Of a stretch of 37,256 bases of DNA, positions 8,650 through 17,483 are shown in pieces. The notes below the pieces were generated by a model that had not been told where the DNA came from, did not search any database, and saw only the letters and a program-made list of their open reading frames with translations. The stretch is taken from contig CAZSYS010000004.1 of assembly GCA_964611365.1 (NCBI GenBank), positions 1-37,256 of the forward strand, read 5' to 3'. The DNA is from an uncultured Planctomycetales bacterium (GTDB lineage Bacteria > Planctomycetota > Phycisphaerae > UBA1845 > PWPN01). The position numbers and the translations under genes were made by a program. Each line of letters opens with the position of its first letter. Position 1 is the stretch's first letter.

Positions 8650-9405
8650 ATGGTTCGCGTCGCGATGACACCGCCGTCTTCGGACGTGCACACGGCTGCA
8701 CCGCCCCGGGCGCATGGATTCGCACTGGCGGCCTGTGTGGCGGTGCTGCTGGGCGGCGGTCTGGCCCATCGCTGGATCGATCGTGTTCTCGAGGCTCCGG
8801 GGACGTCGCCGGTCGTGCTCGACCGGCCGCTGTCGACGCTTCCGATGCGGCTGGGGCCGTGGGAAGGGGCCGACGTGCCGCTGAGCAAGCGGGTCATCGA
8901 GGTGGCCGGATCGGACGACCACGTGTATCGGCGCTACTTCAATACCTTGACCGGCGAGGTGGTCGATCTCTACGTGGCCTATGCGGCCCGGCCCGCCAGG
9001 ATGCTGGGGCATCGGCCGCAGGTCTGCTTTCCGGCGCAGGGCTGGGCCGCGGCCGGCCATCACCCGGACGAGGTGCCGTTGCCGTCGGGCGGGAGCCTTC
9101 CGTGCCTGATGCACCGCTTCACCCGGGGTGGACCGGGCGGGGAGTCGGTGGTGATGCTGAACTACTACAACCTCGCCGGCCGTCACGTGACCGACTGGAC
9201 GGAGTTCTGGGGGCCGCGCTGGCGGCTGCCCAATCTTGCGAGAGATCCGCGGTATTTCGTGGCTCAGGTGCAGATCAGCACTGTGGCTTCCGACGTCGAT
9301 CCGCCGGGGCAGGCGGAGGAGCGGATCAGGCGGTTCGCGGCCGAGGCGGTGCCGGGCATCAGCGCCTTCTGGCCCGATGACACCCGAGAAGCAGGCGGGG
9401 ACTGA
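8650..9405 (+). CDS. EpsI-family exosortase-associated protein
   Basis: It lies 6 nt downstream of the exosortase. It has a single N-terminal TM (FALAACVAVLLGGGL), then LGPWEG.DVPL, DDHVYRRY, DLYVAYA and HRPQVCFPAQGW, as in EpsI proteins (separate from, or fused to, exosortases). Confidence 0.8.
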   Translation: MVRVAMTPPSSDVHTAAPPRAHGFALAACVAVLLGGGLAHRWIDRVLEAPGTSPVVLDRPLSTLPMRLGPWEGADVPLSKRVIEVAGSDDHVYRRYFNTLTGEVVDLYVAYAARPARMLGHRPQVCFPAQGWAAAGHHPDEVPLPSGGSLPCLMHRFTRGGPGGESVVMLNYYNLAGRHVTDWTEFWGPRWRLPNLARDPRYFVAQVQISTVASDVDPPGQAEERIRRFAAEAVPGISAFWPDDTREAGGD

Positions 9406-9438
9406 GGGCGGTCCTGTTGTCGCCCAGGAGCCAATATA

Positions 9439-10638
9439 GTGACAACGGAAGTCCGCCATTCGAAGGCTGCGTCCGGGCCGAATGCGGCGCCTCATGCATC
9501 AGCAACCATGGGGGAGTGCCGCCCATCGGGCGGCGGTGCCGCCCCGTTTACGGTTCGAGCGTGCCTCGCCGAGGACATGGCGCAGGTGGCTGACCTGCAT
9601 GCCCGCGTCTTCTGGGAGGGCAAGTCCGGCCCGACCGAGGGCCTTCGCCGCTACTACGCGAAAGTATTCCTGGAGAACCCGTGGCTTCAGGAGGATATGC
9701 CTTCGCTGGTGTGCGAGAACCTGCAGGGTGCAATCGTCGGCTTCATGGGCCGGATCTGTCGCCGGATGCTTTTCCATGGGCGACCGATTCGCGTGGCGAT
9801 CGCGCACCGGCTGATGGTTGCTCCGGAGCAACGCAATCCCCTGATCGGCGCCCGGATGGTCAAGACGTTCTTCAGCGGTCCTCAGGATCTGTGCCTGTCG
9901 GACGGTGTCTCGCCGGACGGCAAGCGGATCTGGGAGGCGGCGGGCGGCATCGCGGTTCCGGCATACAGCATGAACTGGATCCGCCCGCTTCGACCCGCCG
10001 GGCTGCTTTGCAAGGCTCTGGCTTGCGAATGCGGGATGAATGGGCTGAGCCGGGCGACGCAGCCCCTGGCGCGGGCGATCGACGTGGTCCTCGACTGTAT
10101 GCGGTGGACTCCCTTTCGGCAGGTGGCCCCTGCCACTCTCGAGGAGCCCATGACCCCCGAAAGGCTTCTCGAGTGCACCGCAGTCTTTGCCCGGACGCGG
10201 GCACTCCGCCCCGAACTGGACGCGGGGTCGCTGGCCTGGCTCCTGGAAAGGCTCGAGGAGAACCGGCACCGGGGTGAACTGCGCGGCTTCATCGTCAGGA
10301 CGGAAGGCGGTCAAATGCTCGGCGGCTGCCTGTACTACCTTCGCCGGCAGGACCTCAGCGAGGTGATGCTGCTGGCGGTCGACGGCCGGTCGGCGGGGCA
10401 GGTGTTGCGGCACCTGTTTCATCGCGCCTGGCGGGAGGGCGCGGTTGGACTGCAGGGTCGATTTGATCCGGCCCACCTGGCGGGCCTGATGGACCAGCGC
10501 TGCCTGTGCAAGCGGGGCAACTGGATGATGGTTCACTCCCGTGACCGGGATGTGCTTTGTGCCATCCAGCGGGGAGATGCGTTTCTGACGTGCCTGGAAG
10601 GCGAGCTGTGGCTGCGCTCGCCGGAAAACCGCATCTGA
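9439..10638 (+). CDS. GNAT-superfamily acyltransferase-like protein (assignment tentative)
   Basis: GTG 9439 is preceded by AGGAG (9426-9430). The N-terminal part (VRACLAEDMAQVADLHARVF...IVGFMG...IAHRLMVAPEQRNPLIGARMVK) looks like a GNAT acetyl/acyl-CoA binding core. The C-terminal ~200 aa are unassigned. Confidence 0.5.
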   Translation: MTTEVRHSKAASGPNAAPHASATMGECRPSGGGAAPFTVRACLAEDMAQVADLHARVFWEGKSGPTEGLRRYYAKVFLENPWLQEDMPSLVCENLQGAIVGFMGRICRRMLFHGRPIRVAIAHRLMVAPEQRNPLIGARMVKTFFSGPQDLCLSDGVSPDGKRIWEAAGGIAVPAYSMNWIRPLRPAGLLCKALACECGMNGLSRATQPLARAIDVVLDCMRWTPFRQVAPATLEEPMTPERLLECTAVFARTRALRPELDAGSLAWLLERLEENRHRGELRGFIVRTEGGQMLGGCLYYLRRQDLSEVMLLAVDGRSAGQVLRHLFHRAWREGAVGLQGRFDPAHLAGLMDQRCLCKRGNWMMVHSRDRDVLCAIQRGDAFLTCLEGELWLRSPENRI

Positions 10639-11609
10639 GATCGAGGGGGGCACCTCACCTGCTGACTGACGTCTCGATCATCATCGTCGGCTGGAACACG
10701 CGGGACTTCCTGCGGGGCTGTCTGCAGTCGCTGCGCGACGAGAGCGGCGGCGTGAAGTCCGAAGTCATCGTCGTGGACAATGCCTCGAGCGACGGCTCGG
10801 TCGAGATGATCGAGCGGGAGTTTCCGGAAGTCAGGGTCATCCGCAACGCTGAAAACCGGGGCTTCGCGGCGGCCAACAACCAGGGAATGGCCGTGGCCTC
10901 CGGGCGGTATGTGCTGCTGCTGAATCCCGACACGCGCGTGCTCGACCGGGCGGTCGAGAAGGCCGTGGCTTTTGCGGATGCTCACCCCGAGGCCGGCGTG
11001 GTCGGCTGCCGGACGCTGCTGGCCGACGGAAGCATTCAGTACAACTGCTACATGTTCCCCAGCCTGCTCAACCTGGCCCTGTCGCTGAGCCGGCTGCCGG
11101 GGCTGTTTCCGAAGAGCCGGTTCTTCGGCCGGGCGCGGATGACCTGGTGGGACTATGAGTCGCCGAAATCGGTCGACGTGGTCGCAGGGTGCTTCATGCT
11201 TGTTCGGCGCGAGGCGCTGGAGCAGGTGGGTTCGATGGCCGAGGACTACTTCATGTACTCGGAGGACACCGACTGGTGCTGGCGGTTCAAGCAGGCGGGC
11301 TGGCAGGTACTTTACACGCCTGAGCCGGCGATCGTTCACTACTGGAAAGGAAGCTCTTCCCAGTGCGCCGGGGAGATGCATGTGCTGCAGCGCCGCAGCG
11401 TGCTGATGTTTCTGGAGAAGAAGTCCGGAAAGACGGTCCGGAGGGTCGCCAACGCCATGTTCTGCGTGTCCGCCCTTGCCAGACTGGCAGTGCTCCTGCT
11501 TCAGCGTGTGTGGGTCGGGCAGCGAGCGCGGCCGACTCGGGAGCAGCTCAGCCTGGCGGCCTGCGCGCTGCGGTTTCACCTGACCGGCTGGTTGCCGACT
11601 CAATGCTGA
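10608..11609 (+). CDS. Family 2 glycosyltransferase
   Basis: VSIIIVGWNTRDFLRGCLQSL, VIVVDNASSDGS, NRGFAAANNQG, LLLNPDT and YSEDTDWCWR (ED motif). The start is uncertain: GTG 10608 gives a 31-nt overlap with the upstream gene, ATG 10557 an 82-nt overlap. Confidence 0.85.
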   Translation: MAALAGKPHLRSRGAPHLLTDVSIIIVGWNTRDFLRGCLQSLRDESGGVKSEVIVVDNASSDGSVEMIEREFPEVRVIRNAENRGFAAANNQGMAVASGRYVLLLNPDTRVLDRAVEKAVAFADAHPEAGVVGCRTLLADGSIQYNCYMFPSLLNLALSLSRLPGLFPKSRFFGRARMTWWDYESPKSVDVVAGCFMLVRREALEQVGSMAEDYFMYSEDTDWCWRFKQAGWQVLYTPEPAIVHYWKGSSSQCAGEMHVLQRRSVLMFLEKKSGKTVRRVANAMFCVSALARLAVLLLQRVWVGQRARPTREQLSLAACALRFHLTGWLPTQC

Positions 11610-13207
11610 ATCATCGAGCGGGCAGGGCGCGATGGGCGTCCGGAAAGGGACAAGCCGTGCACAGGGGTGAAGCCGTAACCGTGTCCGCGGGAAGTGCACG
11701 CGGTACCGCCGCCGCTGGGCCCGTTCGAGTGATGCTGGTCTATCCCCCGTCGTCGTCCCAGAGGCACGAAAGCTGCCCGGCGGGTCTGTTGATGCTTGCG
11801 GCGGTCCTCGAGCGGGCCGGATGCGTGATCCGGATCATCGACGCCAACGCCGCCCGGTGCAGGCTGAGCAACGAGCAGATCGCGGAACGGGCCGCGGAGT
11901 TCAGACCGCACGTGATCGGTATCACGCTGGTGACGCCGCTGGTTCGGGAAGCCTACCGGCTGGCCGGGATGCTGCGGCCCCTGGGGGCCAGGCTCCTGGC
12001 CGGGGGACCACACGCGACCATTCTTCCCGGGGAGCCGCTGGCCCACGGCTTCGACGCGGTGGTGCTCGGGGAAGGCGAGGCAACCGTCGAGGAGGCGGTC
12101 CGGGCGCTTGTCGGGCAGATTTCCCCCGGCCAGGTCAAAGGCTGGGTGTACCGTGGCCCCGACGGAGCGATTTGCCGCACGGAGCCGCGCGGGGTGATCG
12201 AGGACCTGGACAGCCTGCCGCCGCCGGCCAGGCACCTGGTCAGGGTCGAGGACTACGGGACCCGGGCGGACGGGCCGTTGCACGCCAACCTGTTCACCTC
12301 CCGCGGCTGCCCGGCCAGGTGCGCCTATTGTGCGGGCGACCTGTTCGGCAAGCGGTTCCGGTTCCGGTCGGCCGAGGGCATCGCGCGGGAGATGCAGGAC
12401 CTCCACAGGACTTATGCAACCCGGCATTTCCATTTCATGGACGATGCCATGACCGTGGACAAGACCCGCGTCAAGGCCTTGTGCGGCCTGCTGCGGGATC
12501 ACCCGGTGAAGTTCACCTGGAGCATGATGACCCGGATCGACATGGTAAACCGGGAACTGCTGGAGGTCGCGGCGTCGGCCGGCTGCGTGCAGATCGACTT
12601 CGGCGTCGAGAGCGGGTGCCCCGACACGCTGCGGCGCGTGCACAAGCCGCACACCGTCGAAATGGTCAAACGTGTGATCGCCGACACGGCTGACGTCGGA
12701 ATCCGGCCCTACGTGTTCTTTATCCTCGGCTTTCCCTGGGGTGGGCTGACGGAGCTGGAGCGGACCCGGCGGCTGATGGAGGAACTGGCTCCTTACGTGG
12801 ACTGTTTTCACCCGGCGGTCGCGTCGATCCTGATTCCCTTCCCGGGCACGGAGATCTACGAGCGTTACAAGGGTGAGTACGGCTTCGAGAACTGGTGGCT
12901 GGACGACGCCCGGGCCTACGACGCGCCGAATGTCCGCCGGCACTCGTTCTTCGAAAGGCGGGTGTTCTCGCGCGGAGCGGTGCTCGACGCCGATTTCTTC
13001 CGCTACCCGGCCGCGGTCAGGACCGGGATCCGCCGGCTGTTCAGGTTCATGTACCTCCACAACCTCCGCCGGGCCGGCCGGCTGACCCGGGGGATTCATC
13101 GGGCCATGCTCGACCTGTCGGATCTCACGCACCGGCTCAGCCCCGCGCTGGAGCGGGTGCTGTTCGCGCCGGTCGCACTGGCGGAACAGGCGGTCGGACG
13201 CCGCTGA
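11603..13207 (+). CDS. B12-binding domain radical SAM protein (class B rSAM)
   Basis: N-terminal cobalamin-binding-like Rossmann domain (VMLVYPP...HVIGITLVTP...LLAGGPHAT...VVLGEGE). Radical SAM cluster motif FTSRGCPARCAYCAG (CxxxCxxC). The start is uncertain: ATG 11603 overlaps the GT2 stop, and GTG 11729 or ATG 11732 would give the classical MLVYPP N-terminus. Confidence 0.87.
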   Translation: MLNHRAGRARWASGKGQAVHRGEAVTVSAGSARGTAAAGPVRVMLVYPPSSSQRHESCPAGLLMLAAVLERAGCVIRIIDANAARCRLSNEQIAERAAEFRPHVIGITLVTPLVREAYRLAGMLRPLGARLLAGGPHATILPGEPLAHGFDAVVLGEGEATVEEAVRALVGQISPGQVKGWVYRGPDGAICRTEPRGVIEDLDSLPPPARHLVRVEDYGTRADGPLHANLFTSRGCPARCAYCAGDLFGKRFRFRSAEGIAREMQDLHRTYATRHFHFMDDAMTVDKTRVKALCGLLRDHPVKFTWSMMTRIDMVNRELLEVAASAGCVQIDFGVESGCPDTLRRVHKPHTVEMVKRVIADTADVGIRPYVFFILGFPWGGLTELERTRRLMEELAPYVDCFHPAVASILIPFPGTEIYERYKGEYGFENWWLDDARAYDAPNVRRHSFFERRVFSRGAVLDADFFRYPAAVRTGIRRLFRFMYLHNLRRAGRLTRGIHRAMLDLSDLTHRLSPALERVLFAPVALAEQAVGRR

Positions 13208-13235
13208 AGACCCCGGCGATCCCGGAAGGCTCTGA

Positions 13236-13745
13236 ATGGAAACGAAAACCGATCAGCCACTGAAAACCGGCTGCCAGCTGATGACCAACATGGCCTGCGG
13301 CCGTGAGCCGGCGGGGTGGTATCTGCGAAGGCGATCCCGCAATCTGCTGCGCAAGGTGCTCCGGCGGCTGGGTCTCCAGCTGATCCACAGGCCGTACGAT
13401 CCCCCGGACGATTCCGCGGCCGCTCCCGGCCCGACGGAGATCAACACGGGGGACATGGTGCGGGTCCGCCCGCTGGAGGAGATCCGGCAAACGCTGGATG
13501 CCAACGGGGCCTGCAAGGGATGCGCCTTTCTGGAGCCGATGGCCCAATACTGTGGCCGGACGCTGCGGGTGGCCAAACGGGTGGACCGGTTCTTCGACGA
13601 GCGTGAATGGAAGATGCTTAAGTGCCGAAATGTCGTCCTCCTGGAGGGAGTGCATTGCGACGGCTCGGGCCACCCGGATACCCGGGGATGCCAGCGCATG
13701 TGTTTCTTCTTCTGGCGCACTGAATGGCTGGAGCGGATCGATTGA
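13236..13745 (+). CDS. Small Cys-rich protein of unknown function
   Basis: 169 aa, 28 nt after the rSAM gene, with GGAAGG upstream. It has a basic N-terminal segment (RRRSRNLLRKVLRRL). The C-terminal ~95 aa (GDMVRVRPLEEIRQTLD...) carry 7 Cys, including CKGC and CQRMC, and end in FFFWRTEWLERID. I recognise no family. Confidence 0.6.
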   Translation: METKTDQPLKTGCQLMTNMACGREPAGWYLRRRSRNLLRKVLRRLGLQLIHRPYDPPDDSAAAPGPTEINTGDMVRVRPLEEIRQTLDANGACKGCAFLEPMAQYCGRTLRVAKRVDRFFDEREWKMLKCRNVVLLEGVHCDGSGHPDTRGCQRMCFFFWRTEWLERID

Positions 13746-14050
13746 GCGTGTGCCGCCCGGATGAGTCGCATGCGGCCGACCCGGTGCCGCCCCTGGCCGC
13801 AGGAAAGCAGGACCGGTGTCCGGCGGAGTTGCCGGTGCCTTGCCGCTGGCGGCTCTGCCGGCTGATGCCGGCGCCCGGCGCCTCCGCCGAGGCCTTCGAT
13901 GACAAGGCACAGCCGCGCGAGGCTCGGGAATGGGCAGCGGACAAACCTCCGGGATGCCGCCGGCCGTATCCGCACTGCCAGATCCTGCGGCCGGCGGAGC
14001 CCTGGAACGCCGAGGCGGCCGCCGGCCAGCCTCTGCGGCACCGTTTGTAC

Positions 14051-15853
14051 ATGGACTTTGAAACCGCCTGCGAGATTCGCGAGGCCTGGGACGATCTGGC
14101 ACTGGCCGAAGGCGACCTGTTCTCGTCATTCGACTGGTGTGCGCTCTGGTGGCAATGGTACGGGAAGGGCCGGCGGCTCGAGATCCACGCCTTCGAAAAG
14201 GGCGGTCATCTCGTTGGGGTGATACCGCTGTTTCGCGAACGACTCAGCGTCGGTCCGTTGGGGGTGACCGTCGTCGGGATCGTGGGCTGCGACCACTCCA
14301 CGGCAACAGCCAATATCGCCTTGCGGACGGAGTTCATTGAGGAGATCGTGCCCGCCTTGATCAGGGCCGTCACCGAATCCCCCTGGGACCTGATCCATTT
14401 CGGGCACCTGCCGGGCTACTTCCGGCACGAGAAAGCCCTGGTACGTCACCTTGGGGCAAGCCCGGCGGTTGGTTCGGTTGTGAGCCCCACGAATCCGCTG
14501 CCCCACGCGCTCCTGGATCTGCCCGACCACTACGAAGCGTACATTCAGAGCCTCTCCTACCGGGAGCGTCACAGCGTGCGGAAGGAAAACCGGCGCCTGC
14601 AGGGGGATCATGGTGCCTGCGCGTCCGATGCGGTGACGGAGGTCGGTTCTCTACGAGGCCTTCGCGAGTTCATCGACCTTCACCAGCGGCAGTGGACCGA
14701 GAAGGGCCGCGCCGGGCACTTCGCCGACTGGCCCTGTGCCGAGGGCTTTCATCGCGATCTGGCCTTTGTCCAGGCCGCTGCGGCCCGGTTGAGGCTTCGC
14801 AGAATCCACGCCGACAACGAACTGTTCACCATGAACTACGCCATCCGCTTCGGTGAGCGGCTCCACTGGTTTCTCGCGTCGCGGAGCATGGATCCCAAGT
14901 GGCACTTCTGCTTTCCGGGCCGCGTGGGTGCCTGTGACCTGATCCAGGCCGCCATCGCCGAGGGCGTCAGGCAGCTGGAGCTGGGGATCGGCTACTACCC
15001 ATACAAAGTCAAGCTGGGCGGCCGGTTGTACCGGGTCGCGGAGGTCGTCGCGGTTCGCAGGGGCTGGTGGCCGGCCGTTCGCGTGGCGTGCCTGCGCGTT
15101 GTTGCTCTGATGCACGAGCTCGCGGGGTACCGGCTCTGGTATCTGAAGATTTCGTCGTGGCTGGGCGTTTCATCGCGCCCGATGCATGAACGGTGGATCC
15201 GCACCCGGTTCTGGCCGGGTGACGCGGTCGATCTGGCCCATGCGTGCCTGCGTGGGCTCCACCTGCCCGGTTCGCTGTACCGCCGTCTGCGGCGCCGGTG
15301 GAGCGAGGTCGGTGGACTTCGAGGGGTGCCACAGCTGCTCGCCCACCAGTATCGCCGGCTTTTCAGGCGCCGCCACATTGTCTACGCCATCGATCCGCAC
15401 ACCGTGTCGAGTCCCGACGGGCGGGAACCCGAGGGCTTCTCCGTCCGCCGCTATCGCCTGCCCAACGAGGTCGGAGAGGCCGAGATCGCGGCCGTCATCG
15501 ATCACGGCGGACGCAACATGTGGCTGGACCATCATCGCGACCTGCGGCTGGGCAACGAGCTCTGGGTCGGCTATGTCGGCGACGAGCCCGCGGGGGTCTG
15601 CTGGCTGTCCGGCCCGGAGGCCGTCGGCCGGTACCTCGTGCCTCTGGAAGACGGCGACCGGGTGATCCGCAAGTGCGTGACGTTTACCCCCTTCCGCCGG
15701 CGAGGCGTCTACGCCGCCATGCTTCGTCGAATGATTCAGGCCTGCAGGGACGAGGGGGCAGGGAGGGTGTACATTGATACCACCGACTGGAACGTCGCGT
15801 CACAAGGGGGAATCAGAAGGGCCGGCTTCGTTGAGGTCGAGCCAGGTGCGTGA
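14051..15853 (+). CDS. CelD/FemAB-like (Acetyltransf_6-type) domain fused to a C-terminal GNAT domain
   Basis: N-terminal ~390 aa: WDDLA...[69 protein letters not shown] (CelD-like pattern). C-terminal ~150 aa: [14 protein letters not shown]...[30 protein letters not shown] (GNAT motif A). The start could lie upstream (in-frame ATG 13724), and in-frame GC3 there is only mildly elevated. Confidence 0.72.
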   Translation: MDFETACEIREAWDDLALAEGDLFSSFDWCALWWQWYGKGRRLEIHAFEKGGHLVGVIPLFRERLSVGPLGVTVVGIVGCDHSTATANIALRTEFIEEIVPALIRAVTESPWDLIHFGHLPGYFRHEKALVRHLGASPAVGSVVSPTNPLPHALLDLPDHYEAYIQSLSYRERHSVRKENRRLQGDHGACASDAVTEVGSLRGLREFIDLHQRQWTEKGRAGHFADWPCAEGFHRDLAFVQAAAARLRLRRIHADNELFTMNYAIRFGERLHWFLASRSMDPKWHFCFPGRVGACDLIQAAIAEGVRQLELGIGYYPYKVKLGGRLYRVAEVVAVRRGWWPAVRVACLRVVALMHELAGYRLWYLKISSWLGVSSRPMHERWIRTRFWPGDAVDLAHACLRGLHLPGSLYRRLRRRWSEVGGLRGVPQLLAHQYRRLFRRRHIVYAIDPHTVSSPDGREPEGFSVRRYRLPNEVGEAEIAAVIDHGGRNMWLDHHRDLRLGNELWVGYVGDEPAGVCWLSGPEAVGRYLVPLEDGDRVIRKCVTFTPFRRRGVYAAMLRRMIQACRDEGAGRVYIDTTDWNVASQGGIRRAGFVEVEPGA

Positions 15854-16523
15854 TCTGGTCAAAGCGTGAGCCCGGAGGCCGGACGGGTAGGGGCCCACAG
15901 TGCATTACGGCGACCTCCGCGAACGGCGCAACCGGATGTGCCGTTCGGCCGGTGCGATACCCGCCAGGCCGGACGCGACGTCCGCGGCGTCTCCCCAATC
16001 CGGACTCTTCGGGTGCCCGGGATCCTGGACGGCGAAGACATCCGAAGTGTCCTTGTCCGGCAGAGGGGCACAGCAGATTCCGAGAGCCCAAAGCAATCCA
16101 AGCCGGCGCGTGAGAACGTGGTTTGGGCCGGCGATCAAAGCAAATCGCAGCAGCAGATCCAACGGCACGCCCAGCAGCCCGCGGTGGCCGGAGAAGGTGG
16201 ACAATCCCTTGACGCCTCGAATGACAGACCCCGGGCTTGGCGGCCAATCGGTCATGGAGCGTCTCCGCGGTGCCGGCCACGGCGTTGCCCCGTGCACACC
16301 TGCGGGTCCCAACCTGCAAGACTGTAGCCGCAGAACCGAGGATCACCGAGCAGTGCCCCGCCTTTTTCGTGCGTTTTCGTGCTTCTTGTGGCGGCTCTTC
16401 GTGCCGGTGAAGGATCATGGTCACAGGAACTCACAAAAAGCGGCAAGAAGCGAACTGTGCGAACCATACGGACTCTGTGCTCATGGGACAGTCTCCAGCC
16501 GGGACGTGAGAACAGTGCCCGCA
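15854..16523. other. Apparently non-coding spacer inside the locus (may extend to 16661)
   Basis: No ORF has protein-like composition. Three-frame GC3 sampled at 16081-16140 is flat (50-70%). Overall GC is visibly lower than in the flanks. The heptamer TTCGTGC occurs at 16366, 16376 and 16398. Confidence 0.5.
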
Positions 16524-17483
16524 ATGCGGTGCGGCCCACCGGTTGTCGACAGATTCACGGGGCCAGGTGCATCAGCCGGGCAACGGCTGGTGAAACCTCC
16601 TTCGCAACAGGTCCCGCCCCGTCGTGCGTCTCGCGGGATCTACGGACGCCGCGGGGGGCTGGTGCGGTGCGTCTACCTCGTCATCGCGGTTCTGTGGTGG
16701 GGGCTGGGGCGCCTGGCGGGATGGACGGGCGGCAGGACCGTCGTTCTGTGCTACCACGGGGTTCGCCGGCCCCAGCGGGATCGCTTTGCCTGGCAGATGC
16801 GCCGGATCGCAGGCCGAGCCGTGGAGGTTCTGCCGGGGCACGATCGCTCCCATCCTCGATGCTCGGCCCCGAAGGTGTGCGTGACCTTCGACGACGGCTT
16901 TGCCTGTCTGCTGGAGAATGCCTTCCCGGTCATGCGGTCTCTGGGGATCCCTTGTACGGTCTTCCCCGTGACGGGCAACCTGGGCGACCGGCCCCGCTGG
17001 TGTATGCCGGCCGGACATCCCGAGGCCGCCGAAAGGCTGATGACCGCCGAGGAGGTCCGCGCGGCACAAGACTCGGGCATGTGCCGGATCGGTTCGCACA
17101 CGCTCACGCATCCCCGGCTGGGGGACCTGAAGGATCCTGAAACGCTCCGCAGAGAAATCGAGGAATCCAGGGCAGCCCTTGAGACCATCACCGGCTCGGT
17201 GGTCGAGGATCTCGCCCTGCCGCACGGGTCCTGCACGCCGGCCACGCTTGCGGCGGCACGGGCGGCCGGTTATCGGCGCATCTTCACGCTGGGCGAGCGG
17301 CTCTGGTCAGGCCGGGCGGAGGACGATGTGATCGGCCGCTTCCCGATGTCGCCCGACGTCTGGAAACTCGAGTTCCTGCTGACCTGCGAGGGGGCGTATT
17401 CGTATCTGTATCACTGGCGACGATGTCTGCGGCGCGCCGGTAGCTGGATTTACGGCGGGGACGGGTCGAAGACGAACCCATGA
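16524..17483 (+). CDS. Polysaccharide deacetylase (CE4/NodB family), N-terminally membrane anchored
   Basis: TM segment VYLVIAVLWWGLGRLAGW, then VVLCYHGV, VTFDDGF (NodB motif 1) and IGSHTLTHPRL (motif 2). Start alternatives are ATG 16524 and GTG 16662. In-frame GC3 at 16561-16620 is only ~55%, which favours the later start. Confidence 0.78.
   Translation: MRCGPPVVDRFTGPGASAGQRLVKPPSQQVPPRRASRGIYGRRGGLVRCVYLVIAVLWWGLGRLAGWTGGRTVVLCYHGVRRPQRDRFAWQMRRIAGRAVEVLPGHDRSHPRCSAPKVCVTFDDGFACLLENAFPVMRSLGIPCTVFPVTGNLGDRPRWCMPAGHPEAAERLMTAEEVRAAQDSGMCRIGSHTLTHPRLGDLKDPETLRREIEESRAALETITGSVVEDLALPHGSCTPATLAAARAAGYRRIFTLGERLWSGRAEDDVIGRFPMSPDVWKLEFLLTCEGAYSYLYHWRRCLRRAGSWIYGGDGSKTNP

Noticed and set aside
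11600-13132. 510-aa - strand ORF opposite the radical SAM gene
   Set aside because: No motifs and low-complexity composition. The + frame has the B12-binding and CxxxCxxC signatures.
15905-16312. 135-aa - strand ORF in the spacer (…GLLGVPLDLLLRFALIAGPNHV…)
   Set aside because: Sampled third-position GC (~65%) is not elevated over the other frames. It has no recognisable family, and it would be the only antisense gene in the locus. It is kept only as a possible gene remnant under the spacer finding.
15900-16523. N-terminal 208 aa of the 527-aa ORF that ends in the CE4 deacetylase
   Set aside because: The translation is not protein-like and no GC3 bias was detected. The deacetylase domain and its TM anchor start only after ~16660, so this was treated as non-coding spacer.
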